Source of the DNA: a bacterium
GTDB lineage: Bacteria; Margulisbacteria; Marinamargulisbacteria; JAHFDA01
DNA: 64,000 nucleotides
NCBI GenBank assembly: GCA_023249225.1
Contig: JAHFDA010000007.1
Location: forward strand, 1,169-65,168
Reading direction: 5' to 3'
Shown here: one piece after another, positions 29,494 to 39,062 of the stretch
How positions within the stretch are numbered: position 1 is the stretch's first letter
Layout of the letters: each line of letters begins with the position of its first letter
Translations under genes and position numbers: made by a program
Notes under the pieces: generated by a model
Seen by the model: only the letters and a program-made list of their open reading frames with translations
What the model was told of the DNA's origin: nothing
Databases searched by the model: none

Positions 29494-30261
29494 ATGACCC
29501 AAACCAGGCTTGTCATTTTAAGTGTTGTGCTGGCATTCGTCCTTGGGTACGCATGGGTTCATGCCAGGGTCCGTTATCCTCAAAATATTGCTCCGGCAGT
29601 TATTGACTTACAGTTTCAGGCCGCCAGCCGCAGCCAGTCTGTAGCCGATTATTTTATTTTGGGTTCGTATTATCTGGTCAACAACCAGCCCATCACCGCT
29701 ATTAAGACGTTACAGAAACTTTCGGGCACTTCCTTCGAAGAGCTTAACAGGCAACTGGAGCCTGTGCTGCTAGAAGATATCCGCCAAAACCCCAGCCAAT
29801 GGCTGCCGTATTTTCAACAAGTGCTACTGGCCCTGCTGGCACAAAAGTATGCCGACGCGCTGGTGCAAGCGCAAGCAAGCGCACCACGCTTTCAAAATAT
29901 TGAATGGTTTGAAATCGCCATCGCATTTTGCGAAGCCAAATTCAATCACATGCCGCAAGCATTTGATCACATTCAACGCGCCATGAAAATTCAGCCCCAC
30001 AATACCTTGGCCAAGGTGCTGTATACCCTGGCGTTATGGACCGATGGCCAAAAGGGCCCTGCTTTCATGGCGCTGGGCTCATTTTTATTCAGTCTGCGTT
30101 TTTCAGAAATCAGCTACATCATTCTGCAGATGGTCGATCAGGGCCTAAAAACCGCCCCGATGTATATTCAGTTAGGGGTCTTTCTGTTTTATTATTGGGT
30201 ACTGACCAAACTCTTTAACCTCAAGGGCAGCGGGTCTAGGTTGCGGAACTTGTGGGCGTAG
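29494..30261 (+). CDS. Membrane-anchored TPR-like protein
   Basis: N- and C-terminal TM segments around a helical-repeat core; paralogue of 40768. Confidence 0.6.
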   Translation: MTQTRLVILSVVLAFVLGYAWVHARVRYPQNIAPAVIDLQFQAASRSQSVADYFILGSYYLVNNQPITAIKTLQKLSGTSFEELNRQLEPVLLEDIRQNPSQWLPYFQQVLLALLAQKYADALVQAQASAPRFQNIEWFEIAIAFCEAKFNHMPQAFDHIQRAMKIQPHNTLAKVLYTLALWTDGQKGPAFMALGSFLFSLRFSEISYIILQMVDQGLKTAPMYIQLGVFLFYYWVLTKLFNLKGSGSRLRNLWA

Positions 30262-30277
30262 CCGCACGCTAACCCGG

Positions 30278-31615
30278 ATGATTCAAAAATCTTTTCAGCC
30301 TAAAAAACTCCTGGCGATCCGTACCGACCACCTGGGCGACCTGCTCCTGACGCTACCGGCCCTTAATCTTTTTAAAGAACGAACCCCCACCTGCGAATTA
30401 CACATGGTTGCGTCAGAGTCTTATGCGGCAGTGCTGCGCCATCTTTCGTGGTTAAAGCAGGTGTGGATTCCATCTGAAGTGGATGAGGCTTTTTTGAGGC
30501 AGGGTTTTGACAGCTACCTGGCGTTTTGGGAACAGGAACCGCTCAATCAAAATTCGCTGATTCAAAAGATACCCTTCCGTGCCGGGTACCGCCGCGGGTG
30601 GCAACGCAGCTATCTCAACCTGGCCTTGCCCCATCAACATATTCGCGCTTCGTATCGGCCGCAGGTGCTGCAAAACTTGGATCTGCTTGCGATGCTAGGT
30701 TTTAAAGCCACGCTGGAGGAACTTCCGCTGATCACGCTGGATCATTCAAAGGCAGGGACGGCTGGCTGGCGCATCGGAATCTGCATTGATACGGCGGGGT
30801 CAGACCGGCGCTACGCTTTGGCGCACATCAACATGTTGACGCAAGACATCTTGAAGAAGTGGCCACAGTCTACAGTGGTCTTGCTGGGCACAGGTCGATC
30901 CACTTCACAGGCTGAAGAACTGATACGTGCGATAGGGCCCTTGGCGTTGCGGGTTGAGAATCTTGTAGGTAAAACCACGGTCGAAGAACTCCTGGCATTA
31001 TGCAAGACCTTGCGCATTTTGGTGGTTGGCAATACCGGGCCGGCGCACTTGGCAGCCGCTTTGGATATTCCGCAGGTCACGCTGTTTATTGCCCAGGCGC
31101 CGTCACTGACGCGTTGGGGGCCCTGGTCGCTCAAGGCACGTATCCTTAAGCGGTCTCCGGCCTGCGATTTTGTCTGTCGTCCGCCCGAGTGTGACCAGGG
31201 GGCCCGCATTTGTGAACTAGACATTCACCCCGCGCAGGTGCTGGACGCCATTGCAGCAGTGCTGGCACAAGCCCAGCAGGTCAATTCTATGCGTGAACAG
31301 CTTACGCAATTTGCCAAACAAGGCATTGCCATTGCAAGTTCCCAGACTCAAGTGGTCGAAACCTTGCGCGCGCGTGGCTGGCAGGCGCATCTTATTCCTA
31401 AAAGCAAAGACGCTGCCGAGCGGCTGCGCTTTTTAAAAGCGCGCCAGACGCTGGTCTGTGTGGACAGCGGACCTTTGCTGCGCTGGATCGAACGCCTGCG
31501 CCTGTCGAATCATGTGGGGGTGTTGCCGTTGTATGATTCATTTAAGGGTGACTGGGATGTGCAACATTTCGAGGGCTGCCTGTACAGATACTTTGGCATG
31601 GAAGAACTGGCGTAA
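30278..31615 (+). CDS. GT9 with C-terminal extension
   Basis: DHLGDL, NTGPAHLA and WGPW motifs; four-Cys motif. Confidence 0.88.
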   Translation: MIQKSFQPKKLLAIRTDHLGDLLLTLPALNLFKERTPTCELHMVASESYAAVLRHLSWLKQVWIPSEVDEAFLRQGFDSYLAFWEQEPLNQNSLIQKIPFRAGYRRGWQRSYLNLALPHQHIRASYRPQVLQNLDLLAMLGFKATLEELPLITLDHSKAGTAGWRIGICIDTAGSDRRYALAHINMLTQDILKKWPQSTVVLLGTGRSTSQAEELIRAIGPLALRVENLVGKTTVEELLALCKTLRILVVGNTGPAHLAAALDIPQVTLFIAQAPSLTRWGPWSLKARILKRSPACDFVCRPPECDQGARICELDIHPAQVLDAIAAVLAQAQQVNSMREQLTQFAKQGIAIASSQTQVVETLRARGWQAHLIPKSKDAAERLRFLKARQTLVCVDSGPLLRWIERLRLSNHVGVLPLYDSFKGDWDVQHFEGCLYRYFGMEELA

Positions 31616-31652
31616 AAAATAAAGAATGGTTGGGGAACATGCATGAAAATCT

Positions 31653-31783
31653 GGGACTGCCGAAAAAGTCTCTTTTACGTCATCCCGGCGAAAGCCGGGA
31701 TCCCATCGTTGGAGTTCTTAGCCTGGGATTCCGGCTTTCGCCGGAATGACACGTCGCAGGAAACAGACGTTTTCGGCGCTCCC
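31653..31783 (+). mobile_element. MITE-like element with 5-bp target duplication
   Basis: AATCT|GGGACTGCCGAAAAAGTC...GACGTTTTCGGCGCTCCC|AATCT; internal hairpins CCGGC-GAAA-GCCGG and CCGGC-TTTC-GCCGG. Confidence 0.8.
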
Positions 31784-31851
31784 AATCTGCCTGCAACGCG
31801 CCGACAGCCCCGGTTTCATAGGTGTGAATATTCCGGGGTAGAATACTGCCA

Positions 31852-32379
31852 ATGATCAAACGTACCGGATTGCTTCCTGCAGAAATAATTGAAAGCAAAA
31901 TTTTTTTGATTCGCAGTCAAAAAGTCATGATGGATCGGGATTTGGCGGCGCTTTATGGCGTAACAACCTTTAATTTGAACAAGGCGATTAAGCGGAATTC
32001 GAGACGTTTCCCGGATGATTTTATGTTTAAACTGACGTTCAAAGAATACCAGTCTTTAAGATTCCAAACTGGAATCTTAAAGCGGGGACAACACAGCAAA
32101 TACCTGCCGAATGTTTTCACTGAACAGGGTGTTGCCATGCTTTCCAGCGTCCTTCATAGTACGCGTGCCATTCGGGTCAATATTCAAATCATGCGTACCT
32201 TTACCAAACTTCGTAAAATGCTGGAGACGCACAAAGATCTTCGGATCCAAATTGAAGCGCTTGAACGCAAGTACGCCAAACATGACCATCAAATTCAACA
32301 GGTTTTTCATGCCATCAAACTTTTGCTGGCGGAAAAACGCGATCATAAGCCCAAAGCCATTGGATTCATTCGTGGCTGA
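31852..32379 (+). CDS. ORF6N domain DNA-binding protein
   Basis: KVMMDRDLAALYGV, RFPDDFMF, FTEQGVAMLSSVL and C-terminal IGF motifs. Confidence 0.9.
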   Translation: MIKRTGLLPAEIIESKIFLIRSQKVMMDRDLAALYGVTTFNLNKAIKRNSRRFPDDFMFKLTFKEYQSLRFQTGILKRGQHSKYLPNVFTEQGVAMLSSVLHSTRAIRVNIQIMRTFTKLRKMLETHKDLRIQIEALERKYAKHDHQIQQVFHAIKLLLAEKRDHKPKAIGFIRG

Positions 32380-32391
32380 ACTGCCGTTTTC

Positions 32392-33804
32392 ATGAAAATC
32401 TGTCTGCAACGCGCCGATAACCTGGGCGATTGCATACCTGGGATGTCGTTGATCCCGTGGGTGCGCAAGGCTTTTCGCGATGCTGAAATTCAAATCATGG
32501 TGGCCGAAAAACTGGCACCCTTGTTTACGGGCTGGGCCGAAGTGGATACGGTTATTCCAATTCCGCAGCGCGCCAATTTTGAAGACATTGATGTGGCAGC
32601 CTGCAAAGACGCGCTTAAAAAACACCGGCCAGATGTCTTTGTTTCGTTGTGGGAGAAGCATGGTTTTGTACGCGCTGCCAAAGAGGCCGGTATACCCAAA
32701 ATTGTGGCAGACATTCAGGGCGACCCGCACAACTGGCGCTATGCAACTGTGCCGGTCAAGCGGCCGTGGCACGATATCACCCGCCATCAGGTGGAGTGGA
32801 ACCTGGATCTGTTGAGGCCGATTGGTGTGGATATTCCCTTGGAACGCATCGAACTTAGTTGCCCGGTTAACGCCGAGGCCGAGCGTTACGCGGCGTCTTT
32901 TTTAGACAAGCACAAATTGCAATACTCCCGCTTTGCGGTGATCTCTTTTGGTAGCACGGGCCGGAACAAGCTGCCCGAAGCCTGGCCCCCGGCTTGCGTG
33001 GCGGCCTTTATCGACTGGCTTTATAAGGAACGTGACATGCAAGCGGTGCTGTGTGGTGCGCTGGACCAGCAACCCTATTATGCCGCCATCCGCAGTCAGT
33101 GCCAGTGTCCTCCCATCGATGCGGTCGGAAACGGTTACGTGGCCATGGCCGGGCTTATGAAATATGCGGCCTGTTACGTGGGAGGCGATACAGGTCTGGT
33201 GCAAATGGCGGCGGCATTTAAAAAACCTTGTCTGGTGCTGTATCCCACCAAGCTGGCAAACCCCATGCGTTGGGGGCCCTGGGGCACCCGGCAGCGTATC
33301 ATCTGCCGACCCTACCGGTGCGACCGGGTATGCAACACCGTGACCTGTCCAGATTGGCAATGCAGCAAGGATATATCGCTGTCTGAAGCGGTGCGGGGCT
33401 TTGAAGATTTGATGTCTGAAAATATGGTGCCTAAAGTCTCGCAACTTAAACGGTATTGGGCCAGCAAGGTGTTGCGGCCGCTTTTGCTGGGTTCGGTCGA
33501 AGAACATTTAACCCAAGCCCTGGCGCGGTCAGAAATGTTTTATGGAAAAACGGAATGGCCGCGTGGCCTGGGGCTTGAATTCTGGGCGCTGCGCCAACAG
33601 ATGATACGTGACAACCTGTGGGTGTTGCATGTTCCGCAGCCGTTGCATACGTTTAAGGCCAGGGGCTTACAGATTCTGGCAAGCAAGGGTCTGCCGCTTA
33701 AGCCGTTGCTGGTGCTGGGACATGCCGATGTCGAAGATCTGCTTGATCTCTATATCCAGGGTTTTTCCCAGCCCGAGAGGGTGCTGCATGCTCAAGCCAA
33801 TTAA
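32392..33804 (+). CDS. GT9 with C-terminal extension
   Basis: DNLGDC, DTGLVQMA and RWGPW motifs; four-Cys motif. Confidence 0.85.
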   Translation: MKICLQRADNLGDCIPGMSLIPWVRKAFRDAEIQIMVAEKLAPLFTGWAEVDTVIPIPQRANFEDIDVAACKDALKKHRPDVFVSLWEKHGFVRAAKEAGIPKIVADIQGDPHNWRYATVPVKRPWHDITRHQVEWNLDLLRPIGVDIPLERIELSCPVNAEAERYAASFLDKHKLQYSRFAVISFGSTGRNKLPEAWPPACVAAFIDWLYKERDMQAVLCGALDQQPYYAAIRSQCQCPPIDAVGNGYVAMAGLMKYAACYVGGDTGLVQMAAAFKKPCLVLYPTKLANPMRWGPWGTRQRIICRPYRCDRVCNTVTCPDWQCSKDISLSEAVRGFEDLMSENMVPKVSQLKRYWASKVLRPLLLGSVEEHLTQALARSEMFYGKTEWPRGLGLEFWALRQQMIRDNLWVLHVPQPLHTFKARGLQILASKGLPLKPLLVLGHADVEDLLDLYIQGFSQPERVLHAQAN

Positions 33805-35365
33805 ACGCATTTTAATGGGCAAAGGCTTATATCAGTATGTGCCACCCCCCCGGCGGCTTTTGTGCATCCGGCCTGATGACATGGGCGATGTGGTGTGGAT
33901 GACGCCGACCCTGGCGGCCATTAAAGCGCGTTTTCCGCAGTGTCACATTACCGTATTGTGCAGCACGCAGATGGCGCCTTTGCTATTGCAACATCCCTGT
34001 GTTGACGATGTGGTCGAAGATGTATGGTGGCAGCGCACGGCCCTTTTTAGTCGGCCTTTTTGGCAGGGAGTCAATTTTTTTAAGCTCAAGCAGTGGGATG
34101 CGGTGCTGCACTTTTTATATGATCCCTTGTTTGCATGGATGGCTTTTTGTGCCGGTATCCCCTACCGGGTGGGGGATCGCAGCAAATTTTTGATGCGTTC
34201 CTTATGCAATGTGAATGTGACACAAGTGTGGGGTGATCCTGGGGCGCATGCGGTGGAATTGAATTTGCAGCTGATCAGGCCGCTGGGAATTAAAATGGAA
34301 CTGGAGAAGCTGCCCAGGTTGCATGTGCCGGTCGACACGCAGTGTGAAAAATGGTTTTCCGAACTGTTAAAGCATCAAACTCCAGAATCTGGGGGCAAGG
34401 TCATTGTGATGGCCATTGGATCGGGTGGTGGCAACAAGGCCTGGACGCCGCAAGGTTTTGCACAAGCCATTCGACTTTTGTTGCAGCGCGGAAAATACCG
34501 TGTGGTGCTGGTGGGCGGTCAGGGCGAACGTCAGGCCGCTAACAAGATCATGGCGGCGTTGGAAGACAATCGAATTGGCGCCGACTCTCCAACTCTCCGA
34601 CTCTCCGACTCGATCACAGACTTGGTTGGCAATACAACTTTGATGCAGCTCGTATCCGTGATCCGCAGCGCCGATGTTTTTGTGGGTGTTGACTCGGGTC
34701 CGTTACACATGGCCGCCGCGCTCGGACGTCCGACGCTGGCTTTGTTTCCAACCAAATACATTAAACCGCTGCGCTCGGGGCCTTGGGGCACGCGCCATTT
34801 GATTTTGCGCGAGTCACAGGTCTGTCCACTTGCGTGTTTTCCGCGCAGCTGCCCCGAGTCAATATGCCTCGATGCGATAACGCCCGATCAGGTGATGACC
34901 GGGGTGGAAAAACTGCTGTCGGGTGCCGGATACGTGCTGCCCGAAGCGCAAAGTCAGTGGTTTACGCGTTCGATGTCGCTTTTATTTATCGCGCCACCGC
35001 TGTGGTCTGATCGCTTGATCAGCGTGCTTGAAATGCTTATCGGGATGCATGTGCCGTGCGTGGTGGTGAGCGCAAACACTCACACGCTACCCAAGTTACT
35101 CACGCAGCTGCTGGTCTATCAACCCACCCGGTATCCACAGCTTTTCTTGCGCTGGCTGGTGTTGCACAATGTCACCGTGGTACATGATGTGCGCGAAGCA
35201 AGTGCCCGCAACCCTCTTTCGGCGTTTTTCCTGGCAGGAATGGCCAGAGGGGCTGCGTTTAAACTTTCGGTGCTGCCCCTTGTGATGCATGCTGCGGATA
35301 TTCCCTCTGATGCGCACACTCTGCTTAAGCAGTACCGGGCTGCTTTCGGCCGTCGGAGTTACTGA
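33788..35365 (+). CDS. GT9 with C-terminal extension
   Basis: DDMGDV, GGGNKAW and DSGPLHMA motifs; four-Cys motif. Start moved to ATG 33788. Confidence 0.88.
   Translation: MLKPIKRILMGKGLYQYVPPPRRLLCIRPDDMGDVVWMTPTLAAIKARFPQCHITVLCSTQMAPLLLQHPCVDDVVEDVWWQRTALFSRPFWQGVNFFKLKQWDAVLHFLYDPLFAWMAFCAGIPYRVGDRSKFLMRSLCNVNVTQVWGDPGAHAVELNLQLIRPLGIKMELEKLPRLHVPVDTQCEKWFSELLKHQTPESGGKVIVMAIGSGGGNKAWTPQGFAQAIRLLLQRGKYRVVLVGGQGERQAANKIMAALEDNRIGADSPTLRLSDSITDLVGNTTLMQLVSVIRSADVFVGVDSGPLHMAAALGRPTLALFPTKYIKPLRSGPWGTRHLILRESQVCPLACFPRSCPESICLDAITPDQVMTGVEKLLSGAGYVLPEAQSQWFTRSMSLLFIAPPLWSDRLISVLEMLIGMHVPCVVVSANTHTLPKLLTQLLVYQPTRYPQLFLRWLVLHNVTVVHDVREASARNPLSAFFLAGMARGAAFKLSVLPLVMHAADIPSDAHTLLKQYRAAFGRRSY
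34581..34611 (+). repeat. Intragenic 8-bp tandem repeat (CCRACTCT x ~4)
   Basis: ccgactct ccaactct ccgactct ccgactc. Confidence 0.8.
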
Positions 35366-36783
35366 TGCGCGAACCCAAAAATGTGGTGATCATCCGTTCA
35401 GATGCCATCGGGGATTGGCTGGTAACAACGCCGGTGGTGGCAGCACTCAAGCAGGCTTTTCCAGCCCTGCGGCTGACAATGGTGGGCGGTTCGCTTAACT
35501 GGAAATTGATGCGTGAACATCCACTGGTCGATGATGTCATTGTCTGGCATGAGCACATGGACGTTGCTGCCAAGACCCGACAACTGGCAACTTACGGCTT
35601 TGACCTGGCGTTGATTTATCATCAAACTCTGGCGCACACGCTGGCATGCCAGCGGGCGGGCATTCCAGTCCGCATGGGCGACAGCGCACGCATCCCAAGC
35701 GGGCGTTACCTGACTGAACATACGCCCGTGATCAACGCGGATCAATCGCGCCATGTGGTTGAGGCCAACATGGGTGTGCTTGCGCCGATGGGTCTTTCAA
35801 CGCTGCGCCTGCCGATGTCGGCCGGCATCAATCCTGTGGCCAGGGAAAACATTCAGGCCAGATTGCTCTCCCAGGGATGGACGCCTCAACAGCCTTTGGT
35901 CGGTATCCACCTTAACCCCGGGGGCGCCAACCGCAGCTGGCCAGCAGAACGCATGGCGCAGACGATGAAACTGATTCATGAAAAACATACTGAATGGTTC
36001 TTTGTACTTACGGGCACCGAACTGGCTTGCGGGATGCGGGATCAGGTGTTGAGAATCAAGTCGGACTCCATTTTTGATCTTGTCGGCCAGACCAGTCTTT
36101 CTGAACTCTCTGCCCTAAGCTCACTTTACAGTTTGTTTGTCGGGGTCGACAGTGGCCCCTACCACTTGGCGGTCGCGCACGGCGTGCCCACGGTGGAAAT
36201 TGCGCCCACCAAAGCCGTGCGCCCCATCCGTTGGGGTCCGTGGCTGGTGCCAAACGTGGTACTGCGCAGCCCGATCCGTTGCGCGCTCTATTGCGATCAC
36301 CAGCGCTGTCCGGTAGATGATTGCCTTAACGCCATCACGCCCGAGAGCGTGGCCCAGGCGGCGGACAGTTTGCTCGCCGGCGGCGGCAACCGCACTTACG
36401 AAGATTCCAAAAAAGATTGGTTTAAAAAATCGCAGAGCATTGTGCTGATTGATTCGGGTCTACGTACGCAGGATGTCGAACGGGCCCGCCAGGTGCTGTC
36501 ACAGGATCCTGATATCCGCGTGGTGGTATGGCCGTTTTCAATCAAGCAAGCCTGGCGCTTGGCGGCACTGGCCCGCCGTATCCAGGCCGACGACGTCACC
36601 ACCTGGATACTCGATGATCCTTACTGGCTGCCGTATTTTAAGGCGGCGCACTTATATGCGCCGCTTAAGGTTTTTGTGCCGCCCTTACTGGTGATGTTGC
36701 CGTCTTATGTGCATGCCACATCGGGGGCCTGGGTAGACTGGTTGATGGCCGAGAACAGCAAGTTGGGGCAGACCCTGCGATGA
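35365..36783 (+). CDS. GT9 with C-terminal extension
   Basis: DAIGDW, DSGPYHLA and RWGPW motifs; four-Cys motif. Confidence 0.88.
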   Translation: MREPKNVVIIRSDAIGDWLVTTPVVAALKQAFPALRLTMVGGSLNWKLMREHPLVDDVIVWHEHMDVAAKTRQLATYGFDLALIYHQTLAHTLACQRAGIPVRMGDSARIPSGRYLTEHTPVINADQSRHVVEANMGVLAPMGLSTLRLPMSAGINPVARENIQARLLSQGWTPQQPLVGIHLNPGGANRSWPAERMAQTMKLIHEKHTEWFFVLTGTELACGMRDQVLRIKSDSIFDLVGQTSLSELSALSSLYSLFVGVDSGPYHLAVAHGVPTVEIAPTKAVRPIRWGPWLVPNVVLRSPIRCALYCDHQRCPVDDCLNAITPESVAQAADSLLAGGGNRTYEDSKKDWFKKSQSIVLIDSGLRTQDVERARQVLSQDPDIRVVVWPFSIKQAWRLAALARRIQADDVTTWILDDPYWLPYFKAAHLYAPLKVFVPPLLVMLPSYVHATSGAWVDWLMAENSKLGQTLR

Positions 36784-37658
36784 GCCAGATGGAACGCATT
36801 GGCGTTGCCCTGCGCAGTTATAACCGCATTGAAGACGCGGTGATTCAGGTGAAGTATCTTTGGAAACATTTTAAGGCTTATCCGTATTATGTGGTGGTCG
36901 TCACCAACGGAGATGCCCAGGGTCATGTGTACCCCGCCGGTCAGGGCGAAGATGCGGTGCTGCGGCTGGACAAAGGTAACCCGGGCCACTTGTGTGGTGA
37001 CAACGACATGTTTAAAGCCAGTATCGAGCATTTGCATGCGCAGGGCATTCGGTATGCGCTGTGCCTTACCAGCGACACATGGTTGCTTAACGAGCAACTG
37101 TTAAAAAAGTATCTACCACGCTTAATTGCCGGACGTCATCAGTGGATTTCGGCGCAATGGGATACGCCTCCAGAGGTCGCTTTAGACTTGATGCTGGTGG
37201 ATGTGAAATTTGTACTTGAACACCAGTTATTTTGGGCCGATTGGTCACCAGAAATTCTGATCTATCAGCGTCTCGAAGCTCTGGTAAGTCCAGAATACCC
37301 GCGTCCTTACGGAAGGATACGCGAAATTTTTCCGATCCAGTACCCGCGCCATCTGTGGCGGCCGGGCTTTGATCCGTCAGGCTCGTATCACGCGCTGGGA
37401 CGGCCGTTTTATTTTCCACGTGCGGCCGTGGTGACGCATCATGCTGAACTATTGCCAGACGGGATGACCTCCAAAAAGCGTTATGCCAACGAGTGTGTGG
37501 GACGCGAACTGTTTCCAGACGTGGGATATGAGGCCAGGCAGCTTAAGGAAATGCGTCTGCGCCGTTGGTACCGGCGCTGCTATCATGCCATTGACGATGT
37601 ATTGTTTCCGCTTTACCGGCCGTTCTACACGCATCCCCCCAGTCCCAGTCTTTCGTAA
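36780..37658 (+). CDS. Putative GT-A fold glycosyltransferase
   Basis: GVALRSYNR N-terminus; LTSDTW (DxD-like); translationally coupled to the GT9 genes. Confidence 0.5.
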   Translation: MSQMERIGVALRSYNRIEDAVIQVKYLWKHFKAYPYYVVVVTNGDAQGHVYPAGQGEDAVLRLDKGNPGHLCGDNDMFKASIEHLHAQGIRYALCLTSDTWLLNEQLLKKYLPRLIAGRHQWISAQWDTPPEVALDLMLVDVKFVLEHQLFWADWSPEILIYQRLEALVSPEYPRPYGRIREIFPIQYPRHLWRPGFDPSGSYHALGRPFYFPRAAVVTHHAELLPDGMTSKKRYANECVGRELFPDVGYEARQLKEMRLRRWYRRCYHAIDDVLFPLYRPFYTHPPSPSLS

Positions 37659-38980
37659 GCCCAGGTTTCAAAAGCGGGTATCTCCAAATCGGCCAGATGC
37701 ACATACACCGGCGGATTCCATGCGGTCAGGTTAGAGGTTTTCATCTTTAAAGGGTAGATCCACGGATGTCGCCAGGGCTGCTTGAGTACCAGGACGTTTA
37801 TCTTGTGAGAAACAAGTATCTGTTCTGCAAATTTCATATTGAATGGGCACAGGCTATGTGCCTGGTAGCCCGCATCTTGCAAGTGCCGGGTGGCCTGTGG
37901 ATCGTCGCATAGAATTTCTAGAGAAGCTTTCAGTAGGTGGCTCCGCAGTTGTGTCGCTGTCCAGTACGTAGGCTTGTCGAGTTGTTGCTGGCACAGAGCA
38001 AATAACTTTTCTGCAGAAATATGCGGCTGACAGGTGCTTACGGCCAGAGCACAATTCCATGGCGTGCAGGCCATGGCGCAGTGCGGAGTTTCTTTGTACG
38101 CCAACGCGTGTACATCCCAAGGCGCCCAGCGGCAGGGATTGATGTTCTGGGTGACAAGCACACATATTTGCGGGATACCGCACGCGGCGGCCAGGTGTGC
38201 GGTGCCAGTGCTGGGGCCAAGTAGCAGGCGTGCATGGGCGATCCACGCTGCCAGTTCGCTCACCGAGGTTTGGCCGGTGGCGTCCAGCACGCGTATTTTC
38301 AGGGGTTCCGGAATTTCTGCCAGAATTTTTTGGGCGGTATGGCTGGCTTTGGATGTGCCCATCAATCCAACCGCGGCACGGGGATAGGTTAAAAGCAAAT
38401 GCCTGGCCAAAGTAGCCAAGGTGCTAAAACTCACAGCCAACGCGCTTTGCGCTTCGAGCGCCAGTAAAATCCACTCGGTTTGACCGGAATGATTTTGAAA
38501 CTGACTGACAGATTCAGGCAACTTGAATGTCGAGGGATTGAAGTGGTAATGAATTCCTGCCGATGCGGGTGTCATGGAAAGTTTATTGACAAGGTCCAGG
38601 TTCTGAAAGACCTGTGGTCTAAATGAGGACACGCGGTGCGAACGCCAAAGTCCGCGGTTGAACAGGCGCAAGTCTTTGGGCGAACGCTTCCAGCCGCTCC
38701 GTAGCGGGATCCCAACCTCGAGCGCTAAGCGGGCATGGGGATCTTCTTCCCAAAAAAATACGGCAGCGTCAAAGGCAGCCTGACGCAATCGTTCTACAGT
38801 CATATCTTTGGGAGACCAGATTTCATCTACCCAGGTCATGGCTGGATGCAAGTGCTCAAGTCCTGGCGCGGCCACTAGGGTGAGGTGTGCGCCGCCAGAC
38901 TTAAGCTGCCAAAGTGCAGGAAGGGTTAGAATCAGATCTCCTAAATGATCGGGACGGGACAATAATACTTTGCGTAACAT
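37625..38980 (-). CDS. GT9 with C-terminal extension
   Basis: DHLGDL, STGTAHLA and RWAPW motifs; four-Cys motif; most similar to 30278 (RPQVxQNLDL). Confidence 0.88.
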   Translation of the reverse strand: MLRKVLLSRPDHLGDLILTLPALWQLKSGGAHLTLVAAPGLEHLHPAMTWVDEIWSPKDMTVERLRQAAFDAAVFFWEEDPHARLALEVGIPLRSGWKRSPKDLRLFNRGLWRSHRVSSFRPQVFQNLDLVNKLSMTPASAGIHYHFNPSTFKLPESVSQFQNHSGQTEWILLALEAQSALAVSFSTLATLARHLLLTYPRAAVGLMGTSKASHTAQKILAEIPEPLKIRVLDATGQTSVSELAAWIAHARLLLGPSTGTAHLAAACGIPQICVLVTQNINPCRWAPWDVHALAYKETPHCAMACTPWNCALAVSTCQPHISAEKLFALCQQQLDKPTYWTATQLRSHLLKASLEILCDDPQATRHLQDAGYQAHSLCPFNMKFAEQILVSHKINVLVLKQPWRHPWIYPLKMKTSNLTAWNPPVYVHLADLEIPAFETWAYERLGLGGCV

Positions 38981-38991
38981 GGTGCGGTTAA

Positions 38992-39062
38992 CCCAGATGA
39001 TGCATACTTAGAAGTCGATCATGGCACACGGGAACCTGATACTACTATATGAATAGTGCGGG
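38992..39062. mobile_element. Short inverted-repeat element, copy 2
   Basis: TTAA|CCCAGATGATGCAT...CACACGGGAACC...ATGAATAGTGCGGG|CTAA. Confidence 0.65.

Noticed and set aside
31643..31898. Short ORFs containing VIPAKAGI or similar (31643+, 31680-, 21343+, and the extension of 20317 to 21555)
   Set aside because: They are translations of the MITE palindromes.
21680..32379. Prophage, suggested by ORF6N and AAA genes
   Set aside because: No structural, packaging, integrase or replication genes; the neighbours are glycosyltransferases.
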